From assembly GCA_041918615.1 (NCBI GenBank), contig JAYRVH010000043.1:143350-207349 (forward strand): DNA of 64,000 nt. Direction: 5' to 3'. This DNA is from Acidimicrobiales bacterium (GTDB lineage: Bacteria > Actinomycetota > Acidimicrobiia > Acidimicrobiales > DATDAH01). The position numbers were made by a program, and so were the translations under genes. The notes below the pieces were generated by a model that ran no database searches, had not been told where the DNA came from, and saw nothing but the letters and a program-made list of their open reading frames with translations. Each line of letters begins with the position of its first letter. The first letter of the stretch is position 1. Shown here in pieces: positions 1 through 9,050 of the stretch.

Positions 1-206
1 GGACGAACCTGAGCTTGCCAGGCGTGGGAGAGGCCGACACGGAAGGAAGGTACACCGCGCGTCGAATGCTCACGAAGAGCCGACCGGGCCGATGCAGACC
101 CCACGAACCTGATCAACCCGAGCCGACCGCCCGTCGCCCCTGGACCTGATGGGCGCCCGCACGCCCGGACGCCTGCGCTCACCGCGCCCCGGGGTGGCCG
201 GAGGAG

Positions 207-780
207 GTGGGGCGGACGATGGCAATTGCCGGGAGCCCGGAGATGCACGACGCCGCACCGACCGGTGCGTTCGATGCGGACCGTCGGCCGCGGGTCGCGG
301 CCCGCTGGGGATGGTCGGTGGCGCTGACCCTCACCGCAGGGGTGTTCCTCTTCGTTCTCGTGATCGCCCCCTACGCGGCGAACAGCGACCGTGTGTACGG
401 GAGCGCCCTCCACAACCGGGTCACGACCTACTACCTCTGGTACGACGACCTCGCGGAGGTGGAGCGGGGCACGCTCGCCGCCGGCGACCAGAACCATCGT
501 CCGATCCTGCCGGACGACCAGATCCCCTCGCCGGGGAGGTACCTCCGCGACCACACGCTCGGACAGGTGGCCGATCGTCTGGCCACGGGCTGGCGGATGC
601 AGTGGGCGATCGTGACCCACGGCGGCACCCATGAGGGCAACTTCGGCTACGGCCCGGGCCTGATGCTCCTCGGCGCCGCGAGCCTCGTCGCCGTTGCGGT
701 CGTGAACGCGGCCGTCCGCTCGGGCCAGATCGTCGGTGGCTACCGACCCACCCCGGGGGCGACGGCGTCAACCGTCAGGA
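207..780 (+). pseudogene. Possible remnant or 5' part of a membrane-protein gene. The frame has no stop until 2261, running antisense through the next gene.
   Basis: The first ~190 codons of ORF 207..2261 look protein-like: a TM helix (WGWSVALTLTAGVFLFVLVIAPY), diverse composition and a second hydrophobic stretch. After ~780 the translation becomes Arg/Pro/Gly-rich and lies antisense to the dehydrogenase gene. Confidence 0.25.
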
Positions 781-980
781 GTCAGTGGGCCCGTCCGCAC
801 GAGCACGTCACCGGTCGCCGCCGGGACAACGTCGCCGACGCGCGACAGCAGATAGGCGACCACCTCGCACTGCGTTGGTGGTCGGCGGAGGGGCGGCCGG
901 GGCGACCGCCGGCGCGATGGGACCGGACGGTCGGGGCGATCGGCTCGTGCCGGCCGGAACCGGACGGCCCGCTGAGCCGG

Positions 981-2267
981 TCAGCGCGGAACCAGCCGGT
1001 AGACCCCTCCGAGGATGGACGTGAGGAACACCTCACCGTTGTCGTCCACGTCGACCGAAACCATCTGGGGCTCGTCGACCGTTGCCAGCGTGAACTCCTC
1101 GAGTCCCCCCTCGGCGCTCTCCCGCAGCCCGAAGATCGCCTTGCCGCAGATGTCGGCGAACAGGTAGTCGCCCACGAGCGCGGGGATCTCGGACCCCCGG
1201 TAGACCGTTCCCCCGACCACGCCGCAACGTCCCGCCCGGTGCGCGTACTCGTACTCGGGAGGGGAGGGTGGCGGGCCGGCCACGCTCGGATCCGCGGCCA
1301 TGAACGGCCGGCTGCCCTCGTACTGCGGCCAGCCGAGGTTGGTGAAGTTCCCACCGCCGGCAGAGGCGCGAAGGATGTTGATCTCCTCCAGCGACTCGTC
1401 ACCCACATCTGGCACCCACAGGTCACCGGTCGCGCGGTCGAAGCTGATGCGGAACGGGTTCCTCGCCCCGACGGTCCACACTTCCCGCCGCCCGGCCACC
1501 CCGTTGTACGGGTTGCCCGCAGGCGTGCCGTACGGGTCGCCGGGAGGGATCTCGTAGCCGCCTGCAGGGTCGGGATCGATACGCAGGATCTTGCCCAGCA
1601 GGCTGTTGGGATCGGGAGCCTGGGTCGCCGCGCTCCCGTCGCCCACGCCCAGGTAGAGAAAGCCGTCAGGGCCGAACCTGATCCCGCCGCCGATGAGGTT
1701 GGTCTGCACCGTGCCGTCGGGGCGGTCGACCACGATGATCTCGTTGCCCGGCCCGAACGACCGCCCTCCGTCGGCCACCGCGAAGGCCCACACGGCCAGA
1801 TCGTGCGCCTTGTCGGTGAAGGCGAGGTAGAGCGTCGATCCGTCCGGCGAGAAGGTGATGCCCACCATGCCTTCGAGGCCGTCCTGGGAGGCGACCTGAC
1901 CGGACACGTCGAGCACGGGCTGTTCGACGGTGCGATAGGAGCCGGGGCCCCCACCGGCCACCGGGCGGAGGAGCATGACCCGGCCATCCAGCAGCGCGAC
2001 GTACAGGTCGTCGGCGCCGGGCCGGGACGCGACCGCCGTCGGCATCTCGAACCGACCGACCTCCTCGAGCCGGTAGGGCGCCTGCTCCGCCGGGCCACCT
2101 GTTCCCTGCCCCCCGGCGGCGACCTCGGAGCGGGGGACGAGCACGAGATCGCCGGCGGAATCACGCCCGAGCGCCGCGACGGAGACCGCAGCGATGCAGG
2201 TGAGCGCGAGCCCGACCCCGATGATCCCCGTCGCCACACGTCGGGAGCCAGGCGTGGGTGAGGTCAC
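981..2267 (-). CDS. PQQ-dependent sugar (glucose/sorbosone) dehydrogenase family protein, secreted or membrane-anchored
   Basis: 428-aa ORF with an N-terminal hydrophobic anchor. Beta-propeller-type motifs (GARNPFRISFD, LGWPQYEG, GKILRIDPD) are typical of soluble PQQ dehydrogenases. Confidence 0.85.
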   Translation of the reverse strand: MTSPTPGSRRVATGIIGVGLALTCIAAVSVAALGRDSAGDLVLVPRSEVAAGGQGTGGPAEQAPYRLEEVGRFEMPTAVASRPGADDLYVALLDGRVMLLRPVAGGGPGSYRTVEQPVLDVSGQVASQDGLEGMVGITFSPDGSTLYLAFTDKAHDLAVWAFAVADGGRSFGPGNEIIVVDRPDGTVQTNLIGGGIRFGPDGFLYLGVGDGSAATQAPDPNSLLGKILRIDPDPAGGYEIPPGDPYGTPAGNPYNGVAGRREVWTVGARNPFRISFDRATGDLWVPDVGDESLEEINILRASAGGGNFTNLGWPQYEGSRPFMAADPSVAGPPPSPPEYEYAHRAGRCGVVGGTVYRGSEIPALVGDYLFADICGKAIFGLRESAEGGLEEFTLATVDEPQMVSVDVDDNGEVFLTSILGGVYRLVPR

Positions 2268-2408
2268 CGGGAAAGTCTAGGCGGCCCTGAACGGCCCACT
2301 GCCGCGGCCGGTCGACGCGCCCGAGGGAGCCGACGGACCCGGCCCCAGCCCGAGCGCATCACCGCAGCATGGGTCGTGCCACTCGATGTCGAGGTCCGCC
2401 CGCGATCC

Positions 2409-3983
2409 TCAGCCGCTGGCGCTGAGCGCGGTCCCGATCGCCGGGTACATCGCGGCAGCCACGGCCCGGGCGCCGTCCTCGTTGACGTGCACGACGTCTG
2501 ACAGCACCGGCCCGTCGAGGCCGTCGTAGGCGGTCGAGATGTCGATGGCCTCTGCGGGCAGCCGGTCGCGGATCCTCGCCCAGAGCGCCCGAATCGAATC
2601 GAAGACGAAGTCATCAGGGGACTGGGCATACACGAGTTCCTGTTCGCCCGGGTCGAGCGGCTCCCTCGAGTAGAGGTCGGGCTGCCAGAAGTGCACGACC
2701 CCGACGCCGTTGGCCGCGCCCAGGTCGTTCGCCAGTTCCACCCCTTGCCGATAGGTGTCGACCACGTTGCCGACCAGGTCGTCGAGAGGCAGGTCCCCCG
2801 CCAGGACCGGCGCGTCACCAGGCACCAGGGGCGAAGGCGGCGCCACACTGCCCCCGGGATTGAACTCGGCGTTGAACGCCGCTCGCAGCCGATTCGACTA
2901 GAGTTGGCCCGGCTCCCCGGCGATGTCGAGGTGGGCGATGGAGTTCAACATCTGCAACGCCGCGTCGTTGGTGCCGTCGTAGAACACCGCCAGGTCCGCC
3001 CGCTCGCCGGCCGCGAGCAGTTGGGCGAAGATCATCGTCTCCTGGTAGTTGGTCGCGCCGGGGCTGCCGTAGTTGCGGGCCCGGATCGGCCGGCCTTCGG
3101 CCTCGGCCAGCCGGACCACCTCGGAGGGGATCGTGTGCTCGTCGCGTTGCGCGTCGAAGCCGAACATCGTCGAGCCGCCGAAGAACCAGACGTCGAGCGG
3201 CTCGCCGGGAACGGCGGTCACATGGCTCCGCCGCACGCGGTTCTCCACATTGACGTAACGACCCTCGAAGTCACGGATCGAGCCCATCGTGGCAGGCGTG
3301 TACACCCCGCCTCCAGCAGCCGCCCCCAACTCAGGCATCGTCTCGGGGAGCCAGGGGAGGTCGCGTAGGGCCGCCGAATCGGCGGGCCCGAGCGTCGATG
3401 CGCCGGAGAACTCGGGAACGGGTGTCGAGCGCTTCTCGACCAGGCGGAATGCGCCGAAGAGCAGGGCCTGGACGGCGAGGACGGCCAGCACCGTACGGAC
3501 CGTCCGGGCCCGCTGCGAGCGACGCGTCGCGGGAGCGAGGATCGATCGCTCGTCGCCGTACGTTCGAAGGGGACGATCCACGTGCGACGTCGATCGGGCC
3601 TGCCACCCGCTCGCCCCGCTCGGGGGACCGAGCATGTCGACCCGAAGGAGCCGAAGAACCAGGCCGATCGGCGTCAGGATCAGGTAGTGGACCGGGAGCA
3701 GCAGGATCGTCGCGAGCCCCACGCCGACAGCGTGGGCCACCCGGTGCTGCACGGTCGCCAGGCGCCGGACGAAGGCATCGGAGACCATCGATGCCTGCGC
3801 GATCACCAGCGAGACGAGCACAGCCACCGCTGCGGCCCACAGTCGTCCCAGCACCGCCAGGACCAGGCCGACGACCAGCAGCCCGATCGCCGGCGCCAGC
3901 CGCTCCCTCAGCGACGGCGGCGCGGGCGGCAACACCGGATCCGCCCATCGGTGGCCCAGGGCCGGCTCGGCACCGGCAGTCAC
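2409..3983 (-). pseudogene. TM-anchored SGNH/GDSL-like hydrolase or acyltransferase, interrupted by one in-frame TAG (2898..2900). Paralog of 33657..35270.
   Basis: ORFs 2898..3983 and 2409..2846 are in the same frame and are separated only by a TAG. Joined, they align end to end with the intact paralog (FFGGSTMFG/FFGGSVMFG, RDEHTIPS, HFWQP/YFWQP, D-V-V-H). Confidence 0.7.
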
Positions 3984-4303
3984 GGGGCGGCCTCGTCGGC
4001 GGGAGGCCCCGCGACCCCGAGCTCATCGTGATACTGGCAGGCCACCACCACCTGGGCGTAGGTGCCCCACATCTGCTGGGGCACGTCGTCGGTCACGGGC
4101 GAAGCCAACATCCGCAACTGGGCGTCGGGGAAGTCGTCGAACAGGTATCCGCTCACGCAACTCGCCGTCGCCGGGGTGAAGCCCTCACGCTGGATGATTC
4201 CCGCCTCGAACTCGGCTCTCGTCATCGCCGTCTCCTGGTCGCCACCACCGCACCCGGCCGCGAGCAGCCCGACCGCGAGCAGTGCCACCAACGCGCGGGT
4301 CAC
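3980..4303 (-). CDS. Small lipoprotein (hypothetical)
   Basis: Signal peptide with a lipobox (LLAVGLLAAGCGGG). The stop overlaps the downstream gene start. The start codon is uncertain; the ORF extends to 4408. Confidence 0.55.
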   Translation of the reverse strand: MTRALVALLAVGLLAAGCGGGDQETAMTRAEFEAGIIQREGFTPATASCVSGYLFDDFPDAQLRMLASPVTDDVPQQMWGTYAQVVVACQYHDELGVAGPPADEAAP

Positions 4304-4487
4304 AGGCGCACCGACCGGGGCGATCGGGCCGTCGGGTCGTCCGAGCGGGCGATCCGCACCACCGGACGGAAGGGCCTCACCACGGCCCCGATCATGCCAC
4401 AGGCACACCTCGGTCAGATCGCGGGGGACACCCTCGCCGTCGCCATCGCAGCGATCGGCTGTCCTCCCTCTGGTCGCTACCCGGCCG

Positions 4488-5249
4488 TCACTTGGGGGGC
4501 ATCCGGATGCCGCCGTCGAGACGGACCGTCTCGCCGTTCAGGTAGCCGTTGGTGACGAGCTCGGTGGCCAGGGAGGCGAAGTCCGCCGGGGTGCCGAGGC
4601 GCTTGGGGAAGAGCACGCTCTGGCCCAGCGCCTCCTTCTGCGGATCGGGCAGCAGACCGAGGAGCGGCGTGTCGATGAGGCCAGGGGCGATGGTGTTCAC
4701 CCGTATGCCCACGGCGGCGAGGTCGCGGGCGATCGGCAGGGTCATGCCCACCACGCCACCCTTCGATGCCGAGTAGGACGCCTGGCCGATCTGGCCGTCG
4801 AAGGCAGCCACGGACGCGGTGTTGACGATCGCCCCCCGCTCGCCGAACTCGAGCGGCTGGGTGGCGCTCATGGCCGAGGCGGCGAGGCGGATGCAGTTGA
4901 ACGTGCCGATCAGGTTCACGGACACGACCTTCTCGAACACCCCGAGGTCGTGGGGCGCACCGCTGCGATCGACCGTTCGCTGCGCCCACCCGATGCCGGC
5001 GCAGTTCACCAGGACCCGCAGCGGGCCCATCTCGACGGCGGCGTCGACGGCGGCCTGCACCTCGTCGGGGTTGGTGACGTCGGCGTGCACGAACGCCCCG
5101 CCGACCTCCTTCGCCAAGGGCTCACCCTTGTCGTCCGCCATGTCGAGCACCACCACATGGGCGCCCCGCCCGGCCAGCTGCCGGGTGGTCGCCTCACCGA
5201 GCCCGGAGGCGCCTCCGGTGACGATTGCCGAAACTCCGTCGATGTCCAT
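4488..5249 (-). CDS. SDR-family 3-hydroxyacyl-CoA dehydrogenase (type II / HSD10-like)
   Basis: 253 aa with TGGASGLG cofactor motif, YSASK catalytic motif and C-terminal NGETVRLDGG. Confidence 0.9.
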   Translation of the reverse strand: MDIDGVSAIVTGGASGLGEATTRQLAGRGAHVVVLDMADDKGEPLAKEVGGAFVHADVTNPDEVQAAVDAAVEMGPLRVLVNCAGIGWAQRTVDRSGAPHDLGVFEKVVSVNLIGTFNCIRLAASAMSATQPLEFGERGAIVNTASVAAFDGQIGQASYSASKGGVVGMTLPIARDLAAVGIRVNTIAPGLIDTPLLGLLPDPQKEALGQSVLFPKRLGTPADFASLATELVTNGYLNGETVRLDGGIRMPPK

Positions 5250-5357
5250 CTGTCGACACTAGGCAGCCCTCTCGACCGCGGTCGAAACGGCCCGCCGGGG
5301 TCGACCCCACCCTGACATGCGAGGCGCAGCTGGCTGTCCGCGGCCGGAGCGCCAGGG

Positions 5358-5738
5358 TCACGGGTCCGGGGTCGGCGCGCCCCAGGCGCCGCCGCCGGGG
5401 GTGAGCATCCTGGGCACATCGCCGGCCATCGACCGCAACGTGCATTTGTCGCCCAGGCGCTCGGCTCGGGCCTCGTCGCCGCTCGGCAACAGCCAGTTCT
5501 CTCCGACTGCTCCGGGTCCGCCGCCGGCCAAGCCCCAGGGCTGGCTCACCCGGCGCTCGGTGATCAGGCTGATCGTCACATTCTCCAGCATCAGCAGGTC
5601 ACGCTCGATGCCCTCACCACCAGGTGCCCTCCCGGCGCCGCCGCTCCCCCGCCGCAGCCGGTAGCGAAGCACCCGCATTGGATACGCCCGCTCCAGCGCC
5701 TCGATGGGCGTGTGGAGCGTGTTGGTGAGCTCCGACAA
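5358..5738 (-). pseudogene. hyuB 3'-terminal fragment, copy A. The frame is intact, and this is the most diverged copy.
   Basis: Translates as SELTNTLHTPIEALERAYPMRVLRYRLRRGSGGAG...ITERRVSQPWGLAGG...MLTPGGGAWG, collinear with the last 122 codons of hyuB (10022..10389). The upstream gene body is absent. Confidence 0.85.
5718..5728 (-). repeat. Degenerate copy of the 11-nt boundary core (minus strand TCACCAACACG)
   Basis: Lies at the upstream edge of fragment A, in the same position as the cores at 7351, 9339 and 10451. Confidence 0.5.
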
Positions 5739-5792
5739 TGCGGCACAGCGGTGGCCGGCCGACCCGGACGCAAATCGCGGTCCTCACGAGTC

Positions 5793-6938
5793 CTATTCGT
5801 CGCCCCGAGGCAGCTCGCGCTGAGCGTCGAGCGCGGCGTGCTCGCGGAGGTACTCGCGGAGGTAGGGCATCGTGTAGTCGACTTGTCCATGGCCGACCGG
5901 CTCGATGAGCTCGGTCGCAATCAAGCGCAGCCGATACTGGCTCGCGTAGTTGCCGTCGACGTCCAGCCTTGCAGCGATGTCGCTCATCCGTGAGGGGCCA
6001 TTGTCATGTGCCATGGCGAGGAGGAAGGTGCGGGCGACCCCGGGCAGGTCTGCGATGGCTGGTTCGTGGACGAGCGAGCCGAGCCGGCGACGGGCGGCGA
6101 CGACCCCAGCGTTGACATCGTCGGCTGAGACCTGCTTGTGGCGGGGTTGTTGGCGCCAGATGTGGTATCCGACCAGCTGGATCAGGAACGGGTAGCCGCT
6201 CGTCGCCTCAGCGGCTCGCAGCGCGAGCTCATCAGAGATCTTGCGGCCGGTTCGTTCGATGGGGTCCTGGATCGCGATCGACACCTCGTCGAGCGACACC
6301 CGCCCGAGCGAGTGGCGATCGGCCCGTCTCAGGAAGGTGAGAACGTCGTCATTGAGGACGGCGCTCACCGCTGAGGGGAGACCCGCACCGGCGAACATCA
6401 TCTCCCGTTCTTCCCGCACGAGGTGCTGGAGGACTGAAGCCAGCTCACGAAATTCGTCGACCTGGTGGTGATGAACCTCGTCGAGCGTGAGGAGCAGGCC
6501 GGCGCCCGACTCGGACAGCAATTCGCATGCTGCCGTGGTCTGCGTACGAAGGGCGGGGACCATCCGATGCGACTCGTCTGTCGTCCACGAGGCACCGCCG
6601 AGGCCCATCGGCACGTTGATACCGGTCAACGTGGACTTGGTGCCCTCTGGATCGATCTCGCGCAGCAGGCCCGGAAGGTGCTCACTCACCAGCCGTGTCA
6701 CGAATCCAGGAGTCGCCGTCTCGGAGATGACCCGCCAGCCCTGCTGGCGGGCAAGATCCTCCACCTCGTTCAGCATCACCGTCTTTCCTGTCCCGCGAGC
6801 ACCCGTGTACAGCGTCACCCGCCCGGGGGCCCCAGGGCCGTCCTCGAGCCCAGCGGCGAAGTCATCGAGCAGTTCGGATCGTCCGACGAGCAACGGTGGG
6901 GACACACCGAACGTGGGAGTGAACGGGTTGCGTGCCAC
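5793..6938 (-). CDS. AAA/STAND-type ATP-binding protein with a C-terminal winged-helix-like domain (ATPase_2 / Orc1-Cdc6-like)
   Basis: 381 aa. Walker A GARGTGKT, Walker B LLLTLDEVH, and a C-terminal region (MSDIAARLDVDGNYASQYRLRLI) resembling a wHTH. GTG start. Confidence 0.8.
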   Translation of the reverse strand: MARNPFTPTFGVSPPLLVGRSELLDDFAAGLEDGPGAPGRVTLYTGARGTGKTVMLNEVEDLARQQGWRVISETATPGFVTRLVSEHLPGLLREIDPEGTKSTLTGINVPMGLGGASWTTDESHRMVPALRTQTTAACELLSESGAGLLLTLDEVHHHQVDEFRELASVLQHLVREEREMMFAGAGLPSAVSAVLNDDVLTFLRRADRHSLGRVSLDEVSIAIQDPIERTGRKISDELALRAAEATSGYPFLIQLVGYHIWRQQPRHKQVSADDVNAGVVAARRRLGSLVHEPAIADLPGVARTFLLAMAHDNGPSRMSDIAARLDVDGNYASQYRLRLIATELIEPVGHGQVDYTMPYLREYLREHAALDAQRELPRGDE

Positions 6939-6963
6939 GACGGCCAGCGTAACCGAGGGCCCG

Positions 6964-6998
6964 GTTAGAGGTCGTTAGATTTGTTAGAGATTGTTAGA
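6964..6998. promoter_or_regulatory. Four phased direct repeats of GTTAGA (TCTAAC on the minus strand) in an AT-rich patch
   Basis: GTTAGA occurs at 6964, 6974, 6983 and 6993 (spacing 10/9/10 nt). This is 26-60 nt upstream of the ATPase start at 6938 and begins where hyuB homology of copy B ends. Confidence 0.5.
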
Positions 6999-7361
6999 CA
7001 TCGGAGGGTAACCCCATCCGCCGCCGCATGGAGTCAGCATCCGGGCGACGTCGCCGGCCTTCAGGTCGATCGTGCACTTGTCCGGCAGGCGCTCCGCCCG
7101 ATCCTCGTCGCCGCCAGGGAGCAGCCAGTTCTCTCCGACGGCGCCGGGTTCGCCCCCCGCCAGGCCCCAGGGCTGGCTCACACGCCGCTCGGTGATCAGC
7201 GACACGGTGGCGTCGATCAGCACCTGCAGATCGCGCTTCGATCCTCTCGCCACCCGGCGCCCACCCAGCGCCGCCGCTCCCCTGCCGCAGCCGGTAGCGC
7301 AGCACCCGCAGAGGGAACGCTCGCTCCAGCGCCTCGATCGGGGTGTTCTTGGTGTTGGTCA
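6984..7361 (-). pseudogene. hyuB 3'-terminal fragment, copy B (frameshifted)
   Basis: Two overlapping frames give LTNTKNTPIEALERAFPLRVLRYRLRQGSGGAG... and ...DLQVLIDATVSLITERRVSQPWGLAGGEPGAVGENWLLPGG...GGGWG. There is a 1-nt indel near 7240. The last codons (YPPMSNNL) are replaced by the GTTAGA element. Confidence 0.85.
7351..7361 (-). repeat. 11-nt boundary core TGACCAACACC (minus strand)
   Basis: The plus strand reads ggtgttggtca, identical to 9339..9349 and 10451..10461. Homology to hyuB starts here. Confidence 0.6.
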
Positions 7362-7403
7362 ACCGTGTCGGCACCGCTGAGGGTGATCGCCGGAGACTCG
7401 GTC

Positions 7404-8663
7404 TCACCGAGGGTTGGCGCTCCACAGCGCGGCGATGGGCACGGCGGCGATTCGCTCGCTGAGTGGGAAGGCCCTCGGTCCTGTGTGGAGGACCGCTCCC
7501 GAGAGGAACCGTTCACCGAGGCGGTCTCGTAGCCATTCGAGGTGCGCGGCGTCTCGACGAGCCGGCGAGGCCGAAGCCTTCACCTCCACGGCTACGACAC
7601 GATCGCCCCCGAGCTCGGCAAGGAGATCGATCTCGTGGCGACCGTTCTTCTCGCGCAGGTGGAACAGCCGGGGGCGTCGAGCGCTCACCTCGATCTCAGG
7701 TCTGAGCTGTGCTGCGACGAACGTGTCGAGCACGCGGCCCATGAGGTCGCCGTCCCGCATCACGGTGGCTTCGTCGAGCCGCAATGCCGCGCCGACGAGC
7801 GATGCGTCACTGAGGTATCGCTTGGGTGTCTTCACCAAGCGCGAGAGCCGATTCGTCAGCCAGGCGGGGACGACGTCGAGTACGAAGAGGTTCGTGAGGA
7901 GGCGCTCGTACGCGAGGGCGGTCTTCCGGTCGATGCCGGCGGCCTCATAGATCGTCGAGTCCGCAACGATCCCTGCCGAGTTGAGCGCCAGGACCTCGAA
8001 GTACCGGGCGATCCGCGCCGGGTCCCGGCCAGAGAGTTCGACCGCGTCTCGAGTGAGGATCTGTTCGAGGTAGCTCTCGAGCCATCGATCACGTTCGCGA
8101 CCATCGAGCCGCAATCTCGCGTCAGGGAAGCCGCCGCTGAGGGCCAGACCGATGTATCCCGGGAGGTCTGGTGCTGGATCAGGGTGGCCGAGGGCCATGG
8201 CATCGCCCTCGGCCAACACATCGATCGGATTCGACGCGCGCGTGCCGGCAGCGATCTCGCGCTCGATCAAGCTGTGGATGCTCAGTCGGACGAGGCGCCC
8301 GGTTCCTGGCCAGGTCTGCGCATCGAGATCAGCTCTCACACTTCCCGTGAGTAGGAAACGCCCGGGTCGGGGGTCGTCATCAACGGCACGCTTGACGGCC
8401 CCGAGAACCTCCGGCACCGCCTGCCATTCGTCGAGCAGCACAGGCTCCTCCACACGGACCAAGGCTGCATCTGGATCCGCTGCGAACGCCGCTGCCTCGG
8501 CCGGTCGATCGAGGCGGACGACGCTGGCTGCGTACCTGCGCGCGGTCGTGGTCTTCCCAGCGGCCCGCGGGCCGACCAGGAGAACGGCGGGGTGCGCCGC
8601 GAGGAGCCGTGGCAAGTCCTCGTCGACCAAGCGTCGGACGTAGGAGGTGGCCACATCCCGCAC
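7404..8663 (-). CDS. AAA-family ATPase with a DUF4143-type C-terminal domain
   Basis: 419 aa. Walker A GPRAAGKTT, Walker B VLLDEWQ, and a C-terminal nuclease-like/DUF4143 signature (EIDLLAELGGDRVVAVEVKAS). Confidence 0.85.
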   Translation of the reverse strand: MRDVATSYVRRLVDEDLPRLLAAHPAVLLVGPRAAGKTTTARRYAASVVRLDRPAEAAAFAADPDAALVRVEEPVLLDEWQAVPEVLGAVKRAVDDDPRPGRFLLTGSVRADLDAQTWPGTGRLVRLSIHSLIEREIAAGTRASNPIDVLAEGDAMALGHPDPAPDLPGYIGLALSGGFPDARLRLDGRERDRWLESYLEQILTRDAVELSGRDPARIARYFEVLALNSAGIVADSTIYEAAGIDRKTALAYERLLTNLFVLDVVPAWLTNRLSRLVKTPKRYLSDASLVGAALRLDEATVMRDGDLMGRVLDTFVAAQLRPEIEVSARRPRLFHLREKNGRHEIDLLAELGGDRVVAVEVKASASPARRDAAHLEWLRDRLGERFLSGAVLHTGPRAFPLSERIAAVPIAALWSANPR

Positions 8664-9050
8664 GATACCACTCTGGACCCATCCTCGTTCCCGATTGAGA
8701 CCACCTGTTCTTCCTGATCAAGACCACTATGGGATCCCTATCTCGACCAACCCTCCGCGTGGCGCTGGGCCGTGCTGCCCGCCAGCTACTGCGGGACTCC
8801 GCCGGGTGACGCGCCCCCGGCGCTCGCCCCCATCGGGGCATCGGTCTGTTCAGTCATTCCTCTCCCGTTACCACCGTCCCGCGATCTCTGCGCAACTGGA
8901 GGGGTTCCCTCTGCGGAATTGGACGGTGGTCTCCTGCGGTACCGGACCTGCCTCGGAACTCACGAGTGCAGCAGTTGGCCCCAACCGCCGCCGTCGGGCG
9001 CCAGCTTCCGGAGGACGTCGCCAGCCTTGAGGTCGATCGTGCACTTGTCC

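Larger units (their letters stand above)
5729..7350 (-). mobile_element. Putative inserted module 1: hyuB 3' copy B, then GTTAGA repeats, then a STAND/Orc-like ATPase
   Basis: Bounded by core repeats at 7351..7361 and 5718..5728. Contains no recombinase gene. Confidence 0.4.

Noticed and set aside
2898-2900. The in-frame TAG might be a recoded (pyrrolysine-type) codon.
   Set aside because: No pyl genes or other recoding signals are visible in the window, and I know of no such recoding in this kind of high-GC actinobacterial genome. A nonsense mutation or sequencing error is more parsimonious.
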